NCBI GenBank assembly: GCA_044507815.1
Contig: JBIQIX010000014.1
Span: 18,057-82,056 of the forward strand
Source of the DNA: Flavobacteriales bacterium
GTDB taxonomy: Bacteria > Bacteroidota > Bacteroidia > Flavobacteriales_F > PHOS-HE28
Length of the DNA stretch: 64,000 nt
Direction of reading: 5' to 3'
Numbering within the stretch: position 1 is the stretch's first letter; every line of letters starts with the position of its first letter. Position numbers and translations under genes: made by a program. The notes under the pieces were generated by a model. The model did no database searches, was not told where the DNA came from, and saw nothing but the letters and a program-made list of their open reading frames with translations. This document shows positions 1 through 9,236 of this stretch, piece after piece.

Positions 1-413
<413 letters not shown>

Positions 414-484
414 TCCGGCCGTTGGAAACCCAAGCATTAACACCGCTTGGCAGCCCCTCGGCACATGGTGAAGGCCAGGCTGCG

Positions 485-492
485 TAACTTTG
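485..492 (+). promoter_or_regulatory. Bacteroidota-type -7 promoter box (TAnnTTTG): TAACTTTG
   Basis: Exact match to the TAnnTTTG consensus, 28 nt upstream of ATG 520. It overlaps the TTG at 490 that the ORF track uses as the start. Confidence 0.45.
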
Positions 493-519
493 GTATCCTT
501 CAGTACCCAACTACCTGAA

Positions 520-2607
520 ATGACACGAATTCTCCGAACTGGGGCAGCAGCTCTTCTGCTGTCCACACTCCCCTTTTTGGCCCAGGCCCAAGAGGCATCA
601 TTCCAATGTGCGAACAACGAGTTCCACCTGATGGGCGATCTGGTGCTCGGCCACCCGGAGCGCTTGGCCGAGATCGAACAGGCCAAGGCACAACTGGACC
701 ACTTTACGCGGACCTTCACGGCCAGCGCGCAGCGGGATGACAACCAGTACATCATTCCGGTGGTGTTCCACATCATCCACAACAATGGACCGGAGAACAT
801 CAACGATGAACAGGTTTATGATGCTGTACGCGTGATGAACGAGGACTGGAACAAGCAAAACAGCGCGTGGCCCGATGTACAGCCTGAATTCCTGGACCGC
901 GTGGCCGATATGCAGGTCACCTTCAAGCTTGCCCAATTGGACCCACAGGGCAACTGCACCAATGGGATCACCCGTACGCAAAGCACACTTACCACCGCCG
1001 GCAACCAGGACATGAAAAACCTGAGCCGCTGGCCCCGCGACCGGTACCTGAACATCTGGGTGGCGGCCAGTGCAGGCGGCCCCAACACCCTGGGCTACTC
1101 TATGTACCCTTCCGCGGTTTCCGGCTCTTGGGGTGCCGCGGCCGATGGTATCGTGGTGGTGCATAACGCGGTGGGCTCGATCGGCACGGCCAACCCTTCA
1201 TTCAAGCACACACTTACACACGAGGTGGGCCATTGGCTGAACCTGAAGCATTGCTGGGGCGATTCCAACAACCCCGGCTCTCCCGCCAATTGCAATATGG
1301 ACGATGACGTGGAGGATACGCCCCTTACCCAGGGCTGGCAAACCTGTAACGTGCGTGGTGCCAGCTGCGGCTCGCCGCTGGACAACGTGGAGAACTTCAT
1401 GGAGTACACCATGTGCGAAAAGATGTTCACCAACGGGCAAAAGGCCCGCGTGCACGCCGCGTTGAACAGCAGCATCGCCTCGCGCAACAACCTGTGGTCC
1501 CCGGCGAACCTCGCGCTCACGGGCGTGAACCTGCCCGCCGAACTGTGCCAAGTGGCCTTCAAAAGCAACCTGCGCGTGGTATGCACCGGCCAGGCTGTAA
1601 CCTTCTCCGACCTGAGCTACAATGGAGTGACGGAGTGGAACTGGAGCTTCCCGGGGGCGGAACCCGCAACGTCGACCACGGCCTCGCCCACAGTAAGCTA
1701 TTCCCAAGGGGGTGAGTACAACGTTACCCTTACGGTGGGTAACGGCACCAACACCATGAACACCACCTATCAGGAGTACATCACCGTGCTGCCCGGCCCC
1801 GGTGTGGTGCCTCCTGTAATGGAGGGTTTCGAGAACGGGACCGACCTGGCCAATACGTTGTGGAGCGTGAACGATGCCAACGACGGCAGCTTTCAGATCT
1901 CCGGGGCCACCGGCTTCAACAGCGCGCAAAGCGTGCGCTTGGCCAATAACAATGGCCGCGCGGGCTTGAAGTATGAGCTGATCAGCTCCACTATTGACAA
2001 CACCGTTGATGCGCCCCTGCGGGTGTCGTTCCGTTATGCCTTCGCCAAGCGGAACAACAACAACAACGACGCGCTGCGGGTATATGCCAGCCGGGATTGT
2101 GGTGAAACCTGGAACATGCGCAAGGCCATCACCGGCGCAAGCCTGCCCACGGCGCCCAACACCAACGCTTCCTTCGTGCCCACCAACACACAGTGGGAAT
2201 ATGTGGAATTGCCGCCGATCGGTAGCCTGTTGTCGGTCTCCAACCTGCGGCTGAAGTTCGTGTTCGAGAGCGACGGTGGCAACAATTTCTGGCTGGACGA
2301 CATCAATATCAACGGTGCCTCTACCGGCATCGCCAGTGCAGGCACCGCCGATGAGCGCGCGATCACCATCGTGCCCAACCCCGCCAAGGACCGCGCCGCG
2401 GTTTCTGCCTTCCTCGGCACCGCCGGGCCGGTGCGTGTGGACCTGATGGACCTGCTGGGCCGCCCTGTGCGCTCCATTGATGCCGGCAGCAAACCCGCCG
2501 GTGCCGCCCGCTGGGACCTCGACCTGGCCGGCCTGCCCTCAGGCATGTATTTCGTGCGCATCGACCAGGGCGGGCACGTGCAAGTGGCCAAGTTCACCAA
2601 GGAATAA
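520..2607 (+). CDS. Secreted zinc metalloprotease (metzincin, M43/pappalysin-like) with PKD domain and T9SS C-terminal sorting domain
   Basis: Signal peptide MTRILRTGAAALLLSTLPFLAQAQ. Zinc site TLTHEVGHWLNLKHCWGD (HExxHxxxxxH). PKD-like segment VCTGQAVTFSDLSY..WNWSFPGA..YNVTLTVGNG. C-terminal ..ITIVPNPAKDRAAVSAF...GMYFVRIDQGGHVQVAKFTKE is typical of a type-A T9SS CTD. I prefer ATG 520 over TTG 490. Confidence 0.85.
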   Translation: MTRILRTGAAALLLSTLPFLAQAQEASFQCANNEFHLMGDLVLGHPERLAEIEQAKAQLDHFTRTFTASAQRDDNQYIIPVVFHIIHNNGPENINDEQVYDAVRVMNEDWNKQNSAWPDVQPEFLDRVADMQVTFKLAQLDPQGNCTNGITRTQSTLTTAGNQDMKNLSRWPRDRYLNIWVAASAGGPNTLGYSMYPSAVSGSWGAAADGIVVVHNAVGSIGTANPSFKHTLTHEVGHWLNLKHCWGDSNNPGSPANCNMDDDVEDTPLTQGWQTCNVRGASCGSPLDNVENFMEYTMCEKMFTNGQKARVHAALNSSIASRNNLWSPANLALTGVNLPAELCQVAFKSNLRVVCTGQAVTFSDLSYNGVTEWNWSFPGAEPATSTTASPTVSYSQGGEYNVTLTVGNGTNTMNTTYQEYITVLPGPGVVPPVMEGFENGTDLANTLWSVNDANDGSFQISGATGFNSAQSVRLANNNGRAGLKYELISSTIDNTVDAPLRVSFRYAFAKRNNNNNDALRVYASRDCGETWNMRKAITGASLPTAPNTNASFVPTNTQWEYVELPPIGSLLSVSNLRLKFVFESDGGNNFWLDDININGASTGIASAGTADERAITIVPNPAKDRAAVSAFLGTAGPVRVDLMDLLGRPVRSIDAGSKPAGAARWDLDLAGLPSGMYFVRIDQGGHVQVAKFTKE

Positions 2608-2982
2608 CGCCATTGCGATAGCAGGCCGTCCGGGGATCCGCTGCTTCGCGCAAATGGGAAGTGCACGTGCACTGGACGGTTTTCCGAAGGGAAGCTTTCC
2701 CGCCAAAAGGGCCGTCATCAAGCCGCCGGGAGCGGTATGTTGGCGGCCCTGCTGGTTTCCCGCCTCACCTTCATTTCCTGCCTCCTTTTTACTGCTTCAC
2801 CATCCAGTACTGGACCGGTCGCTGGGTTGAGGTGGGGTGGAAGAGGAGGGCCCTTCATCACCGTTGGCAAGTTCGGCAAGGGTTGGAGCGGCCAAGCATG
2901 AGAGGAGTTCCTCGAAAAAAACCGGGAATCTGCGCCGCGGTTGAACGGGGCAGCTTCGCGGTAGGCCGAAGGTTTGCGGACC

Positions 2983-3417
2983 TTACTTGTAGCCCACCAA
3001 AATGCCCACACAGCCCACGGTAAGCAGGTTGTTGCCGCCCTTGGAGCTTTCCGGCACATCGATGTGCACGGTGAGCTTTTGCGTGGTGGCCACCTTGAAA
3101 TCGAAGGTTTCCTTGGGGGTTTCGGCGTTGCTTTCGGTAATGGTGTTCCCGTTGCCGTCCTTGAGCTGCCAGTTCACCGTGCCCAGAATGGGGTGGGAGC
3201 ACACCATGAGCCGGTATTCCTGCCCGCTGTAAAAGGTGAGGTCCACCTGCGCCTCCTCGCCGGGGGCGAGCTGTGCGGCGTTGAAGGTTTCATTGAACTT
3301 GTAGGGGGCCATGCCCGGCATGCACTTGTTCTTCGCGAAGCTCCGGCATTGCGCCTGGGCCGTGTTGGCCGTGGCGAAAGCCAGCATCAAGGACAAAATG
3401 ATCGGGATGTGCTTCAT
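2983..3417 (-). CDS. Hypothetical secreted protein
   Basis: ORF 2983..3435. ATG at 3417 gives MKHIPIILSLMLAFATANTAQAQ, a signal peptide. It lies co-directional and tightly spaced behind the lipoprotein gene and polA. No recognisable domain. Confidence 0.6.
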   Translation of the reverse strand: MKHIPIILSLMLAFATANTAQAQCRSFAKNKCMPGMAPYKFNETFNAAQLAPGEEAQVDLTFYSGQEYRLMVCSHPILGTVNWQLKDGNGNTITESNAETPKETFDFKVATTQKLTVHIDVPESSKGGNNLLTVGCVGILVGYK

Positions 3418-3431
3418 GGGTCGGGGGGAGG

Positions 3432-4316
3432 TCAATTGATGATGCCTGCACGGATCGAGGCCGCCGCTTGGGTGATGGATTGGAGCTGCTCGTTGTTGAG
3501 CGTTGCCGTGGGGGCGGTGCCCCCGATGACGGCGATGCCATTTTCCTGGGTTATTACGCTATTTCCCTTCGGCAGTTCCACATCGGCGTACAATTCGTCA
3601 AGTTTCTCGAGGTCCTTCAGCACGGCGGCAATAGCGGGGTCGTCCGGGCTGTAGGTACGCACCAGCTCCAACAGGTCGGTCAACGACAGGCGTTGTTCGG
3701 CCACGCGTTGGCGCAAGGCGGGCGTATCGTGCTGGCGGGTGATCTGCGTGGCGATGTACAGCCCCTCGATCCATCCGCCGGCCACCATCAGCGCGCTGAT
3801 GTTGTCGCGTTGGTTCTCCTTCAGGTAGGCATCCACCTGCAGGTAGGTTTCGCTGATGATCCCCAGGAGCGAATCGCGGTTGCTGCGGTTCTTCTCCAAG
3901 CGGTCCACCACCTCCTGGTTGAATGCGTTGTTCACATCCAGCTTCTTCGCCAGTTTTTGGGCGCAGCTGGTGTACAGCATGCTTTCCTGCGTGTTGTTGT
4001 ACACGCTGGCATAGCTGAGGTCGGCCCCGTATACCCCGAGGTTGAGCGCCTGTTTGCTGGCGGATGTGTAGTTGTCCACGTTCTTCACATCGTTCAGGAT
4101 GGCCTTGTCGTACTCGGCGCCGGCTTTTTTCAGCAGCCCGGCGGTTTCCATGGGCGAGGGTATGCTATGGAAGATGCTGCGGGTGCGCTGTGAGCGCAGG
4201 GCGGCGGTGGAGTCGGTGGTTTCCGTCGTAAGCTGGTCGGCAGGCGCCTGGGGACCGCCGCAAGCGGCAAGGGCCATGGCGGCGGCAAGGGCTGGGATCA
4301 ACAGGTTCGGTCGCAT
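3432..4316 (-). CDS. Hypothetical lipoprotein
   Basis: ORF 3432..4367. The internal ATG at 4316 gives MRPNLLIPALAAAMALAACGG, a textbook lipobox (LAAC). The rest looks helical with no recognised domain. Start at 4367 cannot be excluded. Confidence 0.65.
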   Translation of the reverse strand: MRPNLLIPALAAAMALAACGGPQAPADQLTTETTDSTAALRSQRTRSIFHSIPSPMETAGLLKKAGAEYDKAILNDVKNVDNYTSASKQALNLGVYGADLSYASVYNNTQESMLYTSCAQKLAKKLDVNNAFNQEVVDRLEKNRSNRDSLLGIISETYLQVDAYLKENQRDNISALMVAGGWIEGLYIATQITRQHDTPALRQRVAEQRLSLTDLLELVRTYSPDDPAIAAVLKDLEKLDELYADVELPKGNSVITQENGIAVIGGTAPTATLNNEQLQSITQAAASIRAGIIN

Positions 4317-4377
4317 TATGGGTGCGCAGATTTTTTCGCGCTGTCGGGGTAAAGATGCCTTCTTCATCGCAAGGGGA

Positions 4378-7206
4378 TCAATGGGCCTCCAACCAGTTTT
4401 TCCCCACGTTCATGTCAACAACCAAGGGCACGGCCAGTTCCATGGCCGATTCCATGATCGTTCTCACCTGCTGCCGCATCAGTTCTTCCTCGGCAAGGTG
4501 GCAATCAAAAACCAATTCGTCATGCACCTGCAGCAAAAGCCTGCTGCGCATGTGGTTGTCCCGCAGCCATGCGTGTATGCGGATCATGGCCACTTTGATG
4601 ATGTCGGCGGCCGTGCCCTGCATGGGTGCGTTGATGGCCACGCGCTCGGCGGTGGCCCGCACGGTGTTGTTGGCGCTGCGCACATCGGGCAGGTAGCGCC
4701 GGCGCCCCATCAGCGTTTCTACATAGCCGTGCTCGCGGCAAAAGGCAATGGTGTGGTCCATGTAGCGCTTCACGCCGGGGAATTGCGCGAAATAGCCGGT
4801 AATGATCTCCTGGGCCTCGCCCCTTGGGATGCCCAGCACCTGCGACAGGCCGAAGGCGCCCTGCCCGTAGGCAATGCCGAAATTAACGGCCTTGGCACGG
4901 TTGCGCTGTTCGCGGTCCACTAATGCGATGGGGGTGTTGAACACGCGTGCCGCAGTGGCCGCATGGATGTCCAATCCCTGGCGGAAGGCCTCTTGCATAT
5001 TGATGTCCCCGCTCATGTGCGCGATGATGCGCAGCTCGATCTGCGAATAGTCGGCGCTGAGCAACCCATGCTCTTCGTCGCGCGGCACAAAGGCCTTGCG
5101 AATCTTGCGCCCGTTTTCGGTGCGGATGGGGATGTTCTGCAGGTTGGGTTCATCGCTGCTGAGGCGGCCCGTGGAGGCCACCGCCTGGCGGTAATTGGTG
5201 TGCACGCGCCCATCGCGCGGATCAACCGCCTGCGGAAGAGTGTCCACATAGGTGCCTTTCAGCTTCCGCAGGCTGCGGTAGTCCAGGATCATCTGGATCG
5301 AGCGGTGCTCGTGCACCATGGCGCTGAGCACGTCCTCGCTGGTCTGGTATTGGCCCGTGCGCGTTTTTTTCGGCCTTTCGCCGCCCAGTTTCAGCGTTTC
5401 GAACAGTACATCGCCCAATTGCTTGGGGGAATCGATGTTGAACCGGACCCCGCAGCATTCGATGATCTTCTCTTGCAGGGCGAGCAATTCCTGGCCGAGC
5501 TCGCGGCCAAATTCCTCCAAGGCCGCGGTGTCCAGGCGGATCCCTTCACGCTCCATGTCGGCCAGCACGCGCACCAGGGGCATTTCCACCTCGCGGAAAA
5601 GCTTTTCCTGGCCACGCTCGCGCAATTTCACGGCCAGGATGTGGTACAGCTGCCATGTGATGTCGGCATCCTCTGCGGCATATTCAGCTATGCGGTCCAG
5701 GGGCACTTCGCGCATGGAGCGTTGGCCGCGGCCACGCGGGCCGATCAGCTCGGTGATGGGCTGGGGCCGGTAGCGCAGCAGCGTTTCCGCCATATAGTCC
5801 ATGCTGTGGCGCAGGTCCGATTCCAACAGGAAATGCGCCAGCATGGTATCGAATTGCGGGCCTTCAATGCGTACGCCGTGATTCTCCACGGCCAGCATGT
5901 CGTACTTCAGGTTCTGGGCCACCTTCATAATGCGGGGATCGGCCATCACCGGGGCAAAGGCCATCACCACCGTTCGCGCTTCGGCCGGGTCGGCCGGCAC
6001 CGGCACGTACCATCCTTCATGCGCCTTCCAGCTGAAGGAAAGGCCCACCAGGCTGGCTGTCAGCGGGTCGAAGCCTTCGGTCTCGGTGTCGAAGCAGAAG
6101 GCGTCCAAGGTGGCCAGTTGGTTGGCCAGCGCGGCGATCTCGTCCGCGGTTCGGGCGATCCGGTAATCGTGGGGTGTACTGCCCAGGTCGGCCAGCGGCG
6201 GCGGGCTTCCCTCCATGGCCACGCCACTTTCCTGCCCGAACATGCTCATTTGCGAGGCCGGTGCGGCCTTTTTGCCGGCCGGCATGGCCACCGGTACAGC
6301 GGCCAGCGCTGTTTCCTCGCCCAGCACCGTCTTCAGCAGGCTGCGGAATTCCAGTTCGCTGAACACCTCCTGTATTTTTTCGGGATCGGGCTGGTCCAGG
6401 TGCAGCGCTTCGTGGTCCAATTCCACCGGCACGGAGGTGAAAATGGTGGCCAGCTGCTTGCTCATGCGCGCCTGGTCGGCGTAGGTCACCACATTCTCCT
6501 TTTGCTTGCCCTTCAATTGGTCGGCGTTTTCCAGCACGGCCTCCAGGCTGCCGAATTGCTGCACCAGCTTGATGGCGGTTTTTTCGCCGATCCCGGGTAT
6601 GCCGGGTATGTTGTCCACGGCATCGCCCATCAATCCAAGTATGTCGCGCACCTGGTCGGTGTCCTCAAGGCCCCAGCGCCCACAAACCTCCTTCGGCCCA
6701 AGGATCTCGGGCGGGGCACCGCTGCGGCCCGGTTTGTAGATCAACGAGTTCGGCGTGACCAGCTGCCCAAAATCCTTGTCCGGCGTTACCATATAGGTCA
6801 CATAACCCTCGGCCTCGGCCTTTCGGGCCAAGGTGCCGATCACGTCGTCGGCCTCGTACCCCTCGCTTTCGATCACGGGAATGCGGAAGGCCTCAATGAT
6901 GCGGCGGATGTAGGGTTCGTTGCTGCGGATATCGTCCGGCGTTTCCTGCCGGTTGGCCTTGTACCCGGGGTGCAATTCCATGCGCTCCGCGGGTGCGCCG
7001 GAATCGAAGACCACGGCGATGTGCGTGGGTTTTTCCCGCTTCAGCAGGTCGAGCAGGGTAAGGGTGAACCCGAAAGCCGCGCTGGTGTTGAAGCGTTTGC
7101 TGTTGATGCGCGGATTGCGGATGAAACTGAAGTAGGCCCTATAGATCAGGGCATACGCATCCAGCAGGAAAAGGCGCTTATCGCCATTGGACAAGGGGTT
7201 GCTCAT
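4378..7206 (-). CDS. polA: DNA polymerase I
   Basis: 5'-nuclease N-terminus (KRLFLLDAYALIYRAYF), a 3'-5' exonuclease region (FCFDTETEG), and polymerase motifs (DYSQIELRI.., QVHDELVF). ATG at 7206 (MSNPLSNGDKRLFLLD) is preferred over the extended ORF start at 7326. Confidence 0.97.
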   Translation of the reverse strand: MSNPLSNGDKRLFLLDAYALIYRAYFSFIRNPRINSKRFNTSAAFGFTLTLLDLLKREKPTHIAVVFDSGAPAERMELHPGYKANRQETPDDIRSNEPYIRRIIEAFRIPVIESEGYEADDVIGTLARKAEAEGYVTYMVTPDKDFGQLVTPNSLIYKPGRSGAPPEILGPKEVCGRWGLEDTDQVRDILGLMGDAVDNIPGIPGIGEKTAIKLVQQFGSLEAVLENADQLKGKQKENVVTYADQARMSKQLATIFTSVPVELDHEALHLDQPDPEKIQEVFSELEFRSLLKTVLGEETALAAVPVAMPAGKKAAPASQMSMFGQESGVAMEGSPPPLADLGSTPHDYRIARTADEIAALANQLATLDAFCFDTETEGFDPLTASLVGLSFSWKAHEGWYVPVPADPAEARTVVMAFAPVMADPRIMKVAQNLKYDMLAVENHGVRIEGPQFDTMLAHFLLESDLRHSMDYMAETLLRYRPQPITELIGPRGRGQRSMREVPLDRIAEYAAEDADITWQLYHILAVKLRERGQEKLFREVEMPLVRVLADMEREGIRLDTAALEEFGRELGQELLALQEKIIECCGVRFNIDSPKQLGDVLFETLKLGGERPKKTRTGQYQTSEDVLSAMVHEHRSIQMILDYRSLRKLKGTYVDTLPQAVDPRDGRVHTNYRQAVASTGRLSSDEPNLQNIPIRTENGRKIRKAFVPRDEEHGLLSADYSQIELRIIAHMSGDINMQEAFRQGLDIHAATAARVFNTPIALVDREQRNRAKAVNFGIAYGQGAFGLSQVLGIPRGEAQEIITGYFAQFPGVKRYMDHTIAFCREHGYVETLMGRRRYLPDVRSANNTVRATAERVAINAPMQGTAADIIKVAMIRIHAWLRDNHMRSRLLLQVHDELVFDCHLAEEELMRQQVRTIMESAMELAVPLVVDMNVGKNWLEAH

Positions 7207-7399
7207 TGCGGGGGCGTGAAGGTAGGAACGGACAAGGTGCGCGCCGTGTTGGGGGCGGGCCGAACGCATCCGGGCCGGATCTCCGGTGAACAGGGAACCC
7301 GGACCGGTATGGCCAGGCTGGTGCATGCGGGATTTAGAACGTGATCGGCCCGGCGGCGGAACGGTTTCCCGGCGGTGTTCATGGGCAGGTAAAAACCAC

Positions 7400-7407
7400 T
7401 ATATTTG
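7400..7407 (+). promoter_or_regulatory. Bacteroidota-type -7 promoter box: TATATTTG
   Basis: Exact TAnnTTTG match in the divergent polA/rimP intergenic region, about 75 nt upstream of ATG 7483. Confidence 0.45.
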
Positions 7408-7482
7408 CACCCGTTTCGGTGCGGCGAAGATGTGGAAGAGGGGACCGCCCCTCTTTTTTGTTCCCCACCGGCGGAGTACGCA

Positions 7483-7950
7483 ATGATCACCACCGAACAA
7501 CTGGTTTCAGCACTGCAGCGGCATATGGAGGGCACATCCTGCTTTCTGGTGGATGCCGGGGTGCGCCCGGGCGGCAAGGCCGTTGTGGAGGTGGACAATG
7601 ATGAGGCCCCAATCACCCTGGGCGAGCTTACGGCCATCAACCGCGCCCTGCGCGAGGAGTTCGGCGAGGCCCTGGACGACATGGAACTGCAGGTGGGCAG
7701 CCCCGGCATAGGGAAACCCTTCAAGGTGGAGCGCCAATACCTGAAATCCATCGGCCAAACCGTGGAAGCCGTGCTGCTGGACGGCACGCAGCTACTGGGG
7801 CAGCTGGAGGCCTATGACGGCACGGCCCTTGGCCTGCGCGTGCTGCAACCCTCGAAGGTGAAGGGCCGCAAACCGAAACTTTCAACCGAAACCACGGTGA
7901 TCCCGATCGCCGAAATAAAGGCCGTGCAGGCCACCATCAACATCAATTGA
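7483..7950 (+). CDS. rimP: Ribosome maturation factor RimP
   Basis: Lies immediately upstream of nusA-infB, the conserved rimP-nusA-infB order. Size (about 155 aa) and the pattern ..CFLVDAGVRPGGKAVVEVDND..ITLGELTAINRAL..E....DMELQVGSPGIGKP fit RimP. Start taken at ATG 7483. Confidence 0.88.
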   Translation: MITTEQLVSALQRHMEGTSCFLVDAGVRPGGKAVVEVDNDEAPITLGELTAINRALREEFGEALDDMELQVGSPGIGKPFKVERQYLKSIGQTVEAVLLDGTQLLGQLEAYDGTALGLRVLQPSKVKGRKPKLSTETTVIPIAEIKAVQATININ

Positions 7951-7960
7951 ACCAGTGCAA

Positions 7961-9199
7961 ATGAGCACACTTAACCTTATCGAATCCTTCGGGGAATTCA
8001 AGGATGTAAAGAACATCGACCGGGTGACCATGATGGGCATCCTGGAGGATGTGTTCCGCGGTGTGGTGAAGCGCAAGTATGGCGAAGAGGCCAACTTCGA
8101 CATCATCATCAACCCCGATAAAGGCGACCTGGAGATCTGGCTGAACCGCGAGATCGTGCCCGACGGCGAAGTGGAGGACGAAGGCACCCAGATCGCCCTG
8201 TCAGAGGCCCTGAAGATCGAGCCCGACTTCGAGGTGGGCGAGGAGGTGAGCCAAGAGGTGAAGATCGCCGACTTCGGCCGCCGCAACATCCTTTCGCTCA
8301 AGCAGAACCTGCAAGGGCGGATCATGGAGCTGGAAAAGGACCACATCTATACCAAGTACAAGGAGCGGGTGGGCGAGATCATCACCGGGGAAGTGTACCA
8401 GGTGTGGAAACGCGAAACGCTGGTGCTGGACGATGAGGGCAACGAGCTGATCATGCCCAAGGACCAGCAGATCAAAACTGACTTCTTCAAGAAGGGCGAT
8501 ACCGTGCGCGCCGTGGTATGGAAAGTTGAAATGCGCAACAACACCCCGGTGGTGCTCCTCTCGCGGGCGGCCCCGGAGTTCCTGGAAAAATTGTTCGAGC
8601 AGGAAGTGCCGGAGGTGGCCGACGGGCTGATCACCATCAAGCGCATTGTGCGCGAACCCGGCGAGCGGGCCAAGGTGGCGGTGGAGAGCTACGACGACCG
8701 CATTGATCCGGTGGGTGCCTGCGTGGGCATGAAGGGCAGCCGCATCCACGGCATTGTGCGCGAGCTGCGCAACGAGAACATCGACGTGATCAACTGGACC
8801 GCGAACGACCAATTGCTGATCCAGCGTGCACTGAGCCCAGCCAAAGTGGGCGAGATCAAGCTCGACGAGGCCAACAAGCGCGCCGAGGTGTACATGAAAC
8901 CCGACCAGGTGGCCCTGGCCATCGGCAAGGGCGGGCACAACATCAAGCTAGCCGGCAGGCTCTCGGGCTACGACATCGATGTGTACCGTGACAGCGACGA
9001 GGTGACCGACGACGTGGACCTGGATGAGTTCCGCGACGAGATCGAGCCCTGGATCATCGAATCGTTGAAGAACATCGGCTGCGACACGGCGCGTGCCGTG
9101 CTGGAGATCGCGCCGGACGAACTCTCCAAGCGCACCGACCTGGAGGATGAAACAGTACTGGAAGTGCTTCGCATACTGAAGCTTGAACTTTCCAAATAA
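7961..9199 (+). CDS. nusA: Transcription termination/antitermination factor NusA
   Basis: N-terminus ([23 protein letters not shown]), an S1 domain ([11 protein letters not shown]), and KH domains ([28 protein letters not shown]; [19 protein letters not shown]). GTG 7955 is an alternative start. Confidence 0.97.
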   Translation: MSTLNLIESFGEFKDVKNIDRVTMMGILEDVFRGVVKRKYGEEANFDIIINPDKGDLEIWLNREIVPDGEVEDEGTQIALSEALKIEPDFEVGEEVSQEVKIADFGRRNILSLKQNLQGRIMELEKDHIYTKYKERVGEIITGEVYQVWKRETLVLDDEGNELIMPKDQQIKTDFFKKGDTVRAVVWKVEMRNNTPVVLLSRAAPEFLEKLFEQEVPEVADGLITIKRIVREPGERAKVAVESYDDRIDPVGACVGMKGSRIHGIVRELRNENIDVINWTANDQLLIQRALSPAKVGEIKLDEANKRAEVYMKPDQVALAIGKGGHNIKLAGRLSGYDIDVYRDSDEVTDDVDLDEFRDEIEPWIIESLKNIGCDTARAVLEIAPDELSKRTDLEDETVLEVLRILKLELSK

Positions 9200-9236
9200 G
9201 CGGTGGACACCGCAAAGGCAAACGAAGCATAGTTGA

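Noticed and set aside
2608-2982. 375-bp convergent intergenic gap with a 14-bp perfect palindrome AGTGCACGTGCACT (2660..2673); considered as an sRNA, riboswitch or missed gene
   Set aside because: The ORFs here (2661..3023, 2718..3059) have implausible composition. I recognise no RNA family signature. A single short palindrome is weak evidence. It would need transcriptome or covariance data.
4963-7344. 793-aa plus-strand ORF covering almost all of polA
   Set aside because: It is antisense to an unambiguous DNA polymerase I gene. The translation is Arg/Ala/Gly/His/Val-rich with no motifs. This is a typical high-GC shadow ORF.
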